DNA of 64,000 nucleotides from Acanthaster planci (Eukaryota): NCBI RefSeq assembly GCF_001949145.1, contig NW_019091359.1, positions 2,766,861 to 2,830,860 of the forward strand, read 5' to 3'. Shown piece by piece: positions 52,201 to 64,000 of this stretch (position 1 is its first letter; each line of letters starts with the position of its first letter). The notes under the pieces were generated by a model. It saw only the letters and a program-made list of their open reading frames with translations, ran no database searches and was not told where the DNA came from. The position numbers and the translations under genes were made by a program.

Positions 52201-55200
52201 GCCCCCCATACCCTGAACTTTTTGGAACGGGATTGAATTGGTTAATTGTAACAAAAATATCACAGTTGCGTTCTTCCAAATTGGGATCTATCTGTTTTAT
52301 ATAGATTAGTTAAAAAGCATAAGAAACATCTTGCATAAAAAGCCAAATATTTTGTAGACTTAATATAGTACTATCTTGATTTTCTACAAATGTATTCTAA
52401 AGTAGATGTGAGTTAAAAATGAAGCCTTTGTCCTTTCCAATTGTTGACATTCCTTATTAGTCGAAGAAAAAGTTGCAAAATAACACTGTCCTCACTCCGA
52501 AGGCAGCGTTTTCTATCTCAAAAACCGAACCAAAGACGTCACGCTATTTCTCATCTTTTGTTGCCTCCTGCCCCTCGTGTGACTCCACGATTACATCGTC
52601 TAACGATAGCAGTAAGAGAGGAGGCGCCATGATCCCTAGCAACAGACTACAGGTGTCGCTGCATACGCAAAAACAATACACCACGACCGCAGATCAAACG
52701 ACCTACATGCAAAGCTTCCGTATATGGCTTGCTGATGGCAAGTAGGTGACTGAACTTGGTGGAATTGGTAAACTTGAACGTGTCGCGCGAATTTCCCTTC
52801 TGTCTTTCCTTTCAAGCAGTGATTAATGTCCCTTCTGCGTTTGCCGACCGTGGGCAAAAAGGTCTGTGTCTGTCACTAAGACATGTGAAACCAAACTTCC
52901 GCTGCCAGCGCATGGGTACCGGTAGTTTATGTTGTGCTTTTACGACAGTTCATTTGTTGGTCACGTTTAAAGCCTGGATTTATACCTTACCAGCAAAATA
53001 TCTTTTACAATATTGTATAAAAAATTGTTAATATTAATTCATCGAGTTACATCTGAACAGATGGTAATAATTAATATCATTCACAATGTGAAATAATTTC
53101 CTTCCCATTGTGCTCTTCTTTATGTCCTTTTCTTCATCTTTATTCATTATAATCTAATCCAATAATATTTGGATTTTGTATGATATGCTATATGCCTGAA
53201 ATTACACTGATACTCACACACCTGTCAATTTTAAAGATGTTTTAAAATATTAGTCCTTTTTAGCAATTGTCAGAATATTCCTATTAGCGCCTGTCGTTCT
53301 CCACAACAGTTTCTGTATAACGCAGTTTCTTTTAAAGTTGATCACGTTTTCGACGATTCCAATGGATTTAAAATGAAACGCGTAGGAGGGAACACGTCAC
53401 AGTATACTACCTGTGGAATCGAAGAGACCACCGTCTGTGAAGAGATTGAAATCAAAAGAAGACAACCAGGGACAGAATATTGCTTTCTATCCCGCGTCCC
53501 GTTCTAGCCAATTAAACTTCGCATGACGGCACAGACAATTCTGCACTTGACTATAACAACAGCCTCGAGGGCGATATAACATTTAAAAAAAAAACAATGA
53601 AAGCTTTCTTCGATTCCGACGATGAAGCGACCATGACATGTTTCGATTGTGAGCCCCGCGCTGGAGGAAACGTCGCCAACGCGTGAAAGAGCAGAACGTG
53701 TTTACTTTCTTTAAAAGAGCAAAATATTTCATTCGTGAGTTATTGCCTGCCTCCATTAAAACATAAAAAGAGTCAGTTATAAGTTGTCCTCTATTTGGCT
53801 AGTCACTAGTGGCAACCGAATCTGGTTGTGTTTGAAATGAAGTAATTTGACAGAAAGTTTTAGAAAGCAAAGTGAAGTACGCTGTAAACTCCTCATGATT
53901 CTCACATTTTAAACAGATGCCACTAAAATTTAATACTTTGTTGTCCTCAAAATAAAACTCAAGGACTTTTGGGGTCGATACCCTTTTGCCAGAAAGCGAC
54001 ATGGGATTAGAGGACGGAGTAGTTTCACTTGAGTACACATTTTGCATCGTTGATGGCTGTTTTTCTGTCCAGTTTCTTTCATCTTTTTTTTTTTTTGAGT
54101 GACAGAGATTACTAGATAATGGTTTAAATCCTAGTATTTGTCCATCCCGGGAAAGATATCTTCGCGATAACTTCACCTTTTCTTTAAAAAGCGACACCCT
54201 CCCGTAATGTTTATCTCGTTCAAGAAACCCATCACAGCGTACTTTTCTACAAGGTTCTGTTAAGTAATATTTCGTCATCGTGTCTTGAAAAACCAGCGAA
54301 GTTTATAAATGTGAGATTATTCACACCGAGAGATTGCTGTTTATTTGTTAAATCTTCCCCGTTATACCTTACTGCTAATTTTGACCGAATACCTGTGTTT
54401 CGTTATCTGAAAGTTGCTTGTTCGCTCGGCAATTGTCTTTGACACACTGTGAATTCTCCCACCCCCGTAGTAACCGGTCTTGGGTTGATGACGTGTTGTT
54501 TTGTCCAGGGTACACCCGTACCGTCCCCAGGTCGATTCTTCTGGCGACGGTGCGTGTCCTCTCTCACCCATGACATGTGGCGATGCATGACGTTTGTCAT
54601 CAGCCAAGTCGATATCCCCTTAATTACCTTCGTATCTTGACATCACCGAGATGTCAAGCACTAGCACACGGACAAAAATTGCCACAGAACTCCGCAAATC
54701 CGTAGCTCTTTTTACGGTACCAAAAGTTGCACAAGATACCTTCCGGTCCTCCAAATTAAAGAACTGTCGGTAAATTTGACACCCAAGTTCAAACACCTTC
54801 AGAACCAAACGGACGGAAACAAACTCCCTGGCCTGTCCTAAAGTGTAAGACCTCCTGATTTTGCACTTTTCCTGTGATCGACAACCGTCAGGTGAATCAA
54901 CGAAATAACACTCTTGGCGATTCCGCTGGCCATATCATTGCAGTAGGCCTGTACAGTACATAGAAGTGTTGTGCGTGCACATCGAGGGAGAAGTTGGCTC
55001 GTTTGATGTGTGGTTTCTAGTCCAACTTGATACCGCAAGGCAAATTGTCAACGAACTTCGTCAAATAATTTTTGCTTCCTTTTATAAATTGTTGGGAGAT
55101 TTACACATCACAATAACAAGTAGAAGTTTTTCTATGATCATACAAAAGATCATTCAAGTTAAGCTGGAAGCTAATATCGATGTACTTTGTGGGCACATAG

Positions 55201-57652
55201 TGGGAACAGGTGTTCATGTATAATATGTAGAAAAAATCCTATGACCTTCCCAACCGAGGGCTGCATGACATCCAGTATTAAAGAAAAAATATAGACAGTT
55301 GCGTCTGAAACTTCATGCATCATCTCAGAAAAGCAAAAATTAATTTGTTTGCGAAGCATTTGGTGGTGGACACACAGGCATGTTAATGAGCACAAATATC
55401 CCAGACCCTCGCAAACCCTTGTATTAAGTTCAGAGATTATTAAACAAAATGTTTAAAAAGTTGAGTATATGCGAGCAACGTCAACGATCGTGAAAATGTC
55501 ATGAGCTAAGCCGGCAGTCTAAGTGAATCAGCTGGTACGAAAATCTAATAAAGAAAGTATGGCTGCAAGGCGACTGAATTGAGGCACCTCAACAAGAGCT
55601 CAAAACTTTACATGTTACGTCTTCATTCACGAAAAGGATTTTACGATGCGTGGAAAGTATTTCTAACCTAATTTGGGCATCACAAAAACACTGACATGTC
55701 CCAACTTTGTCACTTCGGCTTCTTCTCTTACTCACTGTACACGTTACCATAATTATAATATTTTCTCTGTGCTCTTGCTTAGCGTCCTTCCAATGGGGCA
55801 GGATTCACCATTGCTCACTTCTGTGTGGGGAGATTCTGTTTACACTCGTAAATCATTCTTGGGCTCATAATGTGCCGCTGGTATAGAAATTTGTAAGAGA
55901 GGTCAGGAGTTGTGTTGCCTCGCTAACTTCTATACACACTTCGTTTGGGCTTCCGTTTATCATGCACCACTTGTTTTAGGTTTCATCGTTGAAAGGCTTG
56001 TGTCATGGGCTTATTAAGTTACTGAGCCGGATGCTTCTTTATGTGCAAACAATAACAGCTACGAAAATAACGATGATGCCTGTTATCATAGAAATCTACC
56101 GTATAGGATCCAGAAAGCAATCATAAACATTCTGCCTGTGGACGGGGGGTAATTAAAACGTTCAACCTCTCTTATGTTTGCCTAACAATATGTCTTAATT
56201 GAATGACAGTAATCGTGTGTTTTGCCAGGAAAAGCCTTGCCGGTCTCAGGGTGGTTAGCGAGAGGTTAATCATCGAATTTGTCATAATTTGCCTCTTGTT
56301 TCTTGTTGACAGGAGATAGTCTGTCTTCTGAGTGACCAAATGCACTCCTACACCAAGGTCTTATTGTTGTGCAGCTTTCTCGGCTTCCTTATTGCAAAAG
56401 TCGCTTCCATGCGGTCAACACGAGCGCCAGTGGGTCTTCCGATTTTCAATTAAATTTACCAGTCTGAATTGGACAATGTAATCATTGAAAAGTACCGTGT
56501 AATCCATTTTTGCCGTCCTTCGGTTGCAAATATTGCAGCAGACAGCACCTGTGTAAACGAGCTGCATTTTATTTGCAATGTTCTTGCCTAGAAATTCCCA
56601 ACAATTGAAGTATTTCATTGTATAAAGTGAATGTGTCAGCTATGTGAATTATGTCGTTAGAATATATTAGTATCAAGTTATTGACAACAATGAGCCACGC
56701 CCCTAGGCCCTACAATAGCTTTGTGCGACAAGAGTTTGTTTCATTTTAAAAACAGGGGTGTTTCCTATATTGATTTAGATTTTTGTGAATGGCGCTTAAG
56801 GAGCAGTTTAGAGAAGATGACTTCACCTGTTACCCAAAGTTTTAGTGCCCGGGACGTGCTTTGGGAGTGGACATTTTTCGTTGGAAATGCGCTCGCCGAT
56901 TTGTTGAAAGCATCCGTTTTAGGATGTGGGATTGGGTGATAGAAAGACTCACGCAGAGGGTGTCGTTTTGCGTTGCTACCGGTGAGAAATGGTGCTGGTC
57001 CTGTTTATTGACACTATTGGGTGAGCTGAGGTGTCGCATTCTTTTAAAGGTAATTACCCAGTCTCTAAGAATTAAATGAATCCGTAGTTTGAATTACACC
57101 GCAATACAAAACGGTCTACGTGAATTGTGACTAAAATAATCTTGAGAAGGTTGTGTCAGGATTGCTCATCCGTTTTGTGGACTATTTTCAACTTCATGAA
57201 AAAAACGACTTTTTGTGCAAATTTTTATTCTTGTCATTGAAGAACTAAGCCAGTATCTACAAGACTTACAGACGAAAAGACAATTCACTCTAAATGTCGT
57301 GACCTGCCCGGTTTCACGTTCTTTCACCACACCCGACGGAGCACTTGTCGTGACTCGATATAGCACTGTCAATCTGGAATGCTGCTTTTAAGATGGCTGT
57401 CATTATTCAATCCATATGTACTTATAGCCTCATCTCCAGTCGTCTGTCTCCATCAATCTTATTTCTGGGGTTCTATAGGAGTAATATGATTTGTTACATC
57501 CAGAGGAAATATCAGTGAGTGTGTGTGAACGTATTGTGTCACTCTCAGGCATAGTACCGCCTACCCAAAGAAAAAAGCGGGTTGTGCCGAAAGGCCCCGT
57601 CGGTTTGTGGTGCTTTACTTCCGACGGAAGCACGCCCGCGCATGCCCAGGCT

Positions 57653-57688
57653 TATAAAGGCAGCGCGTGCGCTTAGAGTCCTTCAGTT
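57653..57688 (+). promoter_or_regulatory. Core promoter: TATA box (TATAAAG, 57653-57659) and initiator (TCAGTT, 57683-57688)
   Basis: The Inr A at 57685 lies 32 nt after the TATA start. No ATG seen between the Inr and the start codon at 57978. Confidence 0.75.
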
Positions 57689-57977
57689 GGTGACTGGCTG
57701 TTGGGTCTAGTGGACGAAAGACACAAGAAACTACCCTTGAGGAATTCACAGTTCAGTGCGCATTAACAAATTTTGCAATTACAAGCCGAGGTAATCTGGA
57801 AGGAGAGATCCGCAAGGACGTTCTGCGATTGTCTGCTTCGACAAAGTCAAAAGGACAAGTTGAAGGGAAGACGAGAAAAATCGCAGTGTAAGTTCGACGT
57901 TGGCTCGAAGAGGCACGGTTGAGGTTCGGGCTGTTGACGGGACAGAGTGAAGATCTCCGAGGGAACAGAAAGAAGCA

Positions 57978-60900
57978 ATGAACATGAAGGTGGACAGCCT
58001 TCTCGTGGTCTGTGGCATGGTCTGGCTGGTTCTACTAGTGGCCATCCTAACCGATGTCAGTGCTAAACCCCTTAACGAGCCAGCAGAACTCCAGTCTAGG
58101 AGACCCCGCCACAGGTTGAGTCTCCAATTCTCCCGGACTGTTCCTGATTTTGTAGCGGGCGCCCTGGACCAGCTGCATCATCGCGAAAAGCGATTCCCCA
58201 GAGTGGTAAGTACTCGTCCAATTTCAATCTCCAATATTTAATAGATCTTTACGGCACGCGACTGAAATGTTTGAACTCCTATCCACGCTGGACCCTTTAT
58301 TGTATTATCTGTTGGTATTTTTAGATTTCAGTACCGGTAATCATATTTTTACGTGTGTGGTTTGTGGGCCGACGTGAAGGTATTCGAAGTGTTTGTCCCG
58401 TGAGGCACCTAAAGGCCGAGCAAAACTTATCTAGTCTCGCGTGACAAATTACAAAAAAAATCGCCGAACACCTGACGCACTGTCTGTTCTTTTCCCGCGG
58501 CTCAAAAACCGGAGTGTCGTCTGGCGATGTTTGTAAGCTTTGCCTACTGTCATGTTAGGGTCTAAAAGTGCTCCCAGCGCAAGTTGTCAGAGTGTTGAAA
58601 TTTACGACACGTTTTGTTTCCCTGTTAATCATTGACAAATTATAGGCAAAGGAAAAACGCAGGCATCCACAAGCGAGTCCATTTTGCTTATATTTGCAGG
58701 TGTTAGAATATTCTTATATTCTATAAACTACCCTACCCTATTTCTTAAGTCTCGAGATTGGTCATGATACGTGCATTTTGAGAGTAATATAAAGTGTAAG
58801 AGTTTTTCACAATGAAAAAATCCTACTGGTGATTTAACTCAATCATCACGCTTGCTTGACATTGGCAAAACTGAACGAGCGTTTTTACATATTTACATAT
58901 TTTACATATTATATTCTGGTTTTAGAAAATAATTAGTATTCAGATTTCCAAAAAAAAAATAAAATATGATCGCGTAAAGTTCCCCTGGGGTTAGGCGATA
59001 TGGATCAGATTTTATTCCGTCCCACACTTACTCTGCTGGTAGAAACCTCCTCCAAAGATGAAAATGTTTACATGAACCTCTGTCGTCACTATCTATGGCT
59101 TTGTGGACTCACAGCTATTTCGAATTATACAATTGAATGCATGGGTAGCGAACTCTTTCAAAAAAAAATATATTGTGCTAATACAATTGTGACCAGTGAA
59201 ACTGGCGGAAAATTGCATTGTAAATTAGCGGGTAACACAAGGTCCGTACTTCGAACCGTGTTTTCCTGTGGACGTCAGGGGGTAATTTTTATAATATTTT
59301 GGTCGACGAAATTCTTTTTAAAATGATCACTTTAACTCACATCTTGCAAGAACTTATGATCTGAGCAACACTGAAAGGTTTCCTTGTATTTGAGTGCGAC
59401 AGCATCTAGAAAAATATGATAAAAACGCTAATTTGGTTTGCAAGGGAGGACTGTATGTGGCGCATTAATATTTCCGCCTCGCAGAGGGTCTTTTCTCTAT
59501 ATGTTTGAAGTAAAGTAGTTAGAAAAACACGATAACAGGTGAATGGGGTTGAGATGAACATATTTGGTTCTGTTATTTTGCTTAACTTAAACTTATGACG
59601 TCCGCGTAACCACGGGAATATAACCTCGTTCACCAATGCTAAAGCCAATAATTATCATTTATACGACGGTTGCTTTTTATTTGTGCAAAATGAATGAACG
59701 GAAGACAAGTCCCGTAATAATTTAGTCGTAAAATTAAATTTAAATCGACCATTTGAAGTCAAGAGACATCATCCGGCAAAGAAAATCACATTAACAACCT
59801 CAAGAAGTAAATGGACGTCGCTTCACATAAACATGTAACACATCTTGGTGAAAGAAATTGTCTCGTATTGCTCTGTCGCGCAGAGATTGCTTAGCACCAA
59901 GTTGCGTCGCGATCTGAATATGATCCAGGAGACACGGCGACCCCATGATACGCCAATAACATAATCCCAGCGTGCGATAATAAATCTGTGGTATTTCGGA
60001 AGTCCGGAGTGTGCCTGATTGGCACGTGTGAGTGACGGCTTAATCACTACGAGGCAAGGCAATTTTTTTCAGCAAAATGCCCGCCAGTTCTGGCGGTGAC
60101 GCTTCGCGTGTCGCTCGGTGACCCAAACTCTCAACAGTCTCATGATGCGACCCTCACTCCGTTTAATTTGGGTCAGAAATCGCCGCTTTGCTGACACTTT
60201 CATACATTTTATTTACATCTGCTGACCAGCCATGCTTTAATAAAACCCACTTGAATTCTTTCCACTGATTTCCCCTTCCCTTTTTTTTTAATTAGAAGTG
60301 AACATATTGGAAGAAGTTTCATTAAAGTCACCGTTAGCCCTCCTGGTCGTGGGCAGTGAAAGTCAGGCCAATAACTGTCATTAATTTTAAAAAAAAACTC
60401 ATTCATTCAAGTTTTTAGGACGTGGCACCGCGGTTGAAACCCTGTATCCAAAACCGTTCCAAGACTAGTCATTTCTCTTTTTTTGCACAATGTCGAGTAA
60501 ATAGACACTTACGATTAGACGCCAACTCAAAAAGGCCCATCTATCTAAATGGATAGATAATAAAATGGTGTGTACTTTTTCTATTAAGAGGCTCGTCCGT
60601 TGATAACGCTGGGATGGTACTACGGATTAGTCGTGACACGGACGCACCTTCGATGTCTCCACCCCGTGCATGGTGGTGTTTCTTGTACGGATCTATCTGT
60701 CGTCCTATGGCAACGATGTAAACACATGCCCAGTTTAGGCATTTCTGGCCGAAGTTGGCTTCATTTCGTGTTTGGGTTTATACATCTGTGGCTCCGAATG
60801 CATTCATGTTCAAAATAAAATCATAAAAGCTCTTTTCCTCAATAACATGAATTCAGGAGCAATTCTTTGGCAATATTTTATTTTTTTTCTCAACAAAACT

Positions 60901-62948
60901 GACGATGCCGAAGACGAAAGAGTGCTGGGGTGGTTTTTTTATGTTTTATCTGGAAATTTCTTCCAATGTTGCGCTACTTTTGTCGTGGTCAGTTTTTTCT
61001 GTCGTATTTCAGCACCAAAAATATAAAAATGATAGCATTAACCAGTTCAAGGGTATGGCATAATTGATAACAGACAAAAAGTGTGACTTGTTCTAAATTA
61101 CTTCCAGTGGTCATTTAACTCACGCCATCTCCACCTTGTCGTGTTCAAAAAACATGAAACGCAATACCAAATCCGCGGGACTTTATTAATAATTTCATTG
61201 CGACCCAAGCGACCAAGGCAGCGCATGGTTGACCAGGTCATCCTGGTTCATTAAAGTTCGAGGACATTTTCTTTCACTTCGTCATTGATTCTGTTATGTA
61301 TACATATCCCTTTAAAACACTCAAAGGTAAAACAGCCATCACTAACACCCGATGTTGACTGGCTCATTTCTTATTGAAAATATTGATCGTCCATGTCAAA
61401 GCATAATCGAGCAACCTGCGTGACAATCTTAGCCTGCGCTCGCCCGGATGGAAAAGTAACGATTTTATCCGACTACACGCGCGCATTTAATGGACTGAAT
61501 CGGAACAAATGTTTTAGGAGTAACATCGGGAAATTACGACATTCCAATTTGGAACGGGACACGTTCGACACGTAGGTGCTGGTCTTAACAGCTCGTTGTT
61601 GGTGTTTTTGAGATAAGACACCGAAGTCGCCCAAGGCCAGAAATATTTTGGAAATTCTTTCACGTCGGATGGGGGTATATGTTAACCCATTGCTTAATGT
61701 GCAAGGAGGTCTTTCTTAGATTTAGTCTTCGGCTGCATCCGAATCTGTTGTCCAGAGGTCCAGAGCTAGGTCTAGATCTTCACTCCATTGAAAGTACGTG
61801 GAAACGCGCAGACAATAGGCCTAGCCGTCGCTCTGGAAGCCTGTTTCGGACACGGCCGTAGAGACTTAAAGCATTTATTATCTTGAGATGAGGGCGAGCC
61901 CCAACATGTCCCTTTTTCAGAAGTTGTGTTTGAACAGCTATACTTCTCCCCTTAAATCTAGGTCTTCAAATCCTCGTTCTCATCAGTAAAATGACTGCGG
62001 GTTCACTAAACTGCATAGTCATAGAAAAGTTCATGACACCAAGAAATCGAATGGCTGTCTACCGAGTAATGAAGTTTAATGAGACGACGGCAGCGTAATT
62101 TATTTGAATCAATTTGCCAGACAGCAATGGTTGACATTACGTTGTATACCTCCGACTTGCGAGCTAGGCCATCTTTTTTATTTTAGTGCGGTTACATTCC
62201 GATCAGTCGTCAGCAATTTTGTCAGCACAATCCTTGGAATAGTTAACAGCAAAGTTGACTCAATGGTCCAAGGTGTTTAATTCATTGTTCATCCGTTCAA
62301 CAATACCTTTTCCTTTTGCCCATTGATGGCTTTGCAAACTGATTTATTTCCTTGTTTTTTTTCTCTCACGGGGCTTCAGTGCAACTTTCTCATGTGACCT
62401 GCCAGGTCGTTTTTTATAACTTGGATTGATTTCATATTTTCGCTTCTAACGTTGTCTGACTGTAAGTCGATTCCGAATAGTCGTGTCGTGGAATATCAAA
62501 GCTGATTTACATTCGACATAGAAGATCTCAATTTCCAATGTTGTCTTTTATCCCTCCGTAAGCCTAACTTGAGTTAATTTTTTTGTACATGCTGTTGAAT
62601 ATGTTTGATTGTTTACTGTTTTTCCCGTTTTATCAATGCTTCAGACTTGATTTTTTTTAATTATTATTTTGTGCATTCTCTTGGGCTCATTTTCCCATTT
62701 TTTTTCTCTCCTTACAGCCGATGGGAAGTCCGTGTAATGCAGACAGTCAGTGTCCGGGAAACTACTGTTGCGCCATGAAGCTAGGCAAGGCCGTCTGTAT
62801 GCCGAGGCTGGTACGAGGCAGGACGTGTATGATCAACGGACCACAAGCCTACTCACCCCACCTTTTCTTCACGCAGTGCCCGTGCAACAGCGTAGAGGGA
62901 TTATCGTGCCAACGCGTAGGGCACGGCAACCGCGGTATCTGCAGCTAA
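57978..62948 (+). CDS. Secreted prokineticin/astakine-like (colipase-fold, 10 Cys) peptide precursor, 152 aa: join(57978..58205,62718..62948)
   Basis: Exon 1 encodes a hydrophobic signal peptide ending VSA/KP, a propeptide and REKR, with donor GTG|gtaagt (phase 0). Exon 2 follows a long pyrimidine tract plus cag and encodes C-x5-C-x4-CC-x8-C-x9-C-x16-CPC-x7-C-x10-C. Confidence 0.9.
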
Positions 62949-63255
62949 AAAGCCGTGTACCAGACTCGAGTATATAGCCCCAGCATGTACAGAAACAACA
63001 TCAACCACATCCACAAAGACAACGCCACCAAGTAACAAGTCGACATGACTGTAGCTGTGAATGCCAGTCCAAACGAGCAGCCCACGACCCTGTGACTCTC
63101 GGTCGTGGTTCCACCAAAACTTCTTTTTGTAAGTCACGCAAGATACTGTAGAATTCGGCCTGTACATTTTGGTATAGCTCTGCACTGCACGTACCCTCCT
63201 CCAAGGCAATCAAGGCACCGCAAATGCACAGCACGAATTTAGAGACAAACAACCA

Positions 63256-63261
63256 AATAAA
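63256..63261 (+). promoter_or_regulatory. Candidate polyadenylation signal of the peptide gene
   Basis: AATAAA about 310 nt after the stop, with ATTAAA at 63270. Confidence 0.45.
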
Positions 63262-64000
63262 GAACAAAGATTAAAGGCAACGACTGAATTTCCTTTGAAA
63301 ACAACGCTGTGTACTTTTTACTGTACTGCAGTACTCCATGTGTGTTTCTGCACCACCCCTTGACATGACAACTTCGCTGGTGAGAGAATGGAATTGTACC
63401 TTAATCGGTCCGGAAACTTTACCGAAACAAAATAGATGTATTAACTTTAGAAAGGACGAATGGACTTGCCACAATGGCCAACGCAGACGATGAGTAGGTA
63501 CTAACAACCGTGAGCCAGGTGAGGATGAAATGCAGCCTTGACCTTCGCTTCCTCTTTATCGTTCCGATCACTGTGGACGATTTGGTTGCATTAAATGCTT
63601 TCTATACCTGTCCATCAAATAACCCTGGCGACCGACGATTGTGGAGAAGTGATACGCCTCTTCATGCAACATCCATCCACTTCACTGACAACTTGAGAGA
63701 GTAGGAATGGACTGCGACAGTGAGCAGATTGTGACTGACCGTTTATCAACAGCTTTGTGTATTTCTTTGTCAGTGATGCTGTTTGTTTCTATGCGGGTAT
63801 TCTTCTCATCGCGGGAGGAAAAATTTCCGTGTATTCTTTTGTCACTTTGAGCTTTCACAAAAACACAGAACTTATGTATTCTTATTATCAAGAAAGGAAA
63901 AGTCTATTTGGAAGTTTGCCGCCCTCTTCCGTAGTAAAGTAGTTTTGTGAAAGAGGCCTTGTAGCTCATTGATATCCAAGGCCACTTGGTGATTCGGCTA

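Noticed and set aside
53799..54278. 159-aa minus-strand ORF
   Set aside because: AT-rich, crosses a homopolymer run and has no recognisable domain.
54637..54659. 9-bp hairpin CTTGACATC-ACCGA-GATGTCAAG
   Set aside because: An isolated short inverted repeat is expected by chance in 64 kb and is too short for a pre-miRNA.

Overview
Animal (invertebrate-like, about 40% GC by eye, intron-rich) genomic DNA with two + strand protein-coding genes. (1) Bases 1-20685 hold the 3' 26 exons of a large GRL101/LGR-type leucine-rich-repeat GPCR whose 5' end lies outside the window. My manual GT-AG splice model gives 4875 nt (1624 aa plus stop) in one open frame. Domain order: at least 3 CUB, a C-type lectin domain with QPD/WND, a degenerate C-type lectin-like domain, 7 LDLa, LRRNT plus 7 LRR, hinge (FSSCEDLM), rhodopsin-class 7TM, and a long cytoplasmic tail. 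Unusual features are a KRRRR polybasic insertion in the first LRR and a tail segment resembling a decayed kinase C-lobe. (2) Bases 57978-62948 hold a two-exon gene for a 152-aa secreted precursor: signal peptide, propeptide, REKR site and an 80-aa 10-Cys prokineticin/astakine (colipase-fold) peptide lacking AVITGA. It has a clear TATA/Inr promoter. The ~37 kb between the genes has no convincing coding gene, only MITEs, LINE/SINE remnants and simple repeats. All calls come from reading the sequence by hand; no database searches were run.
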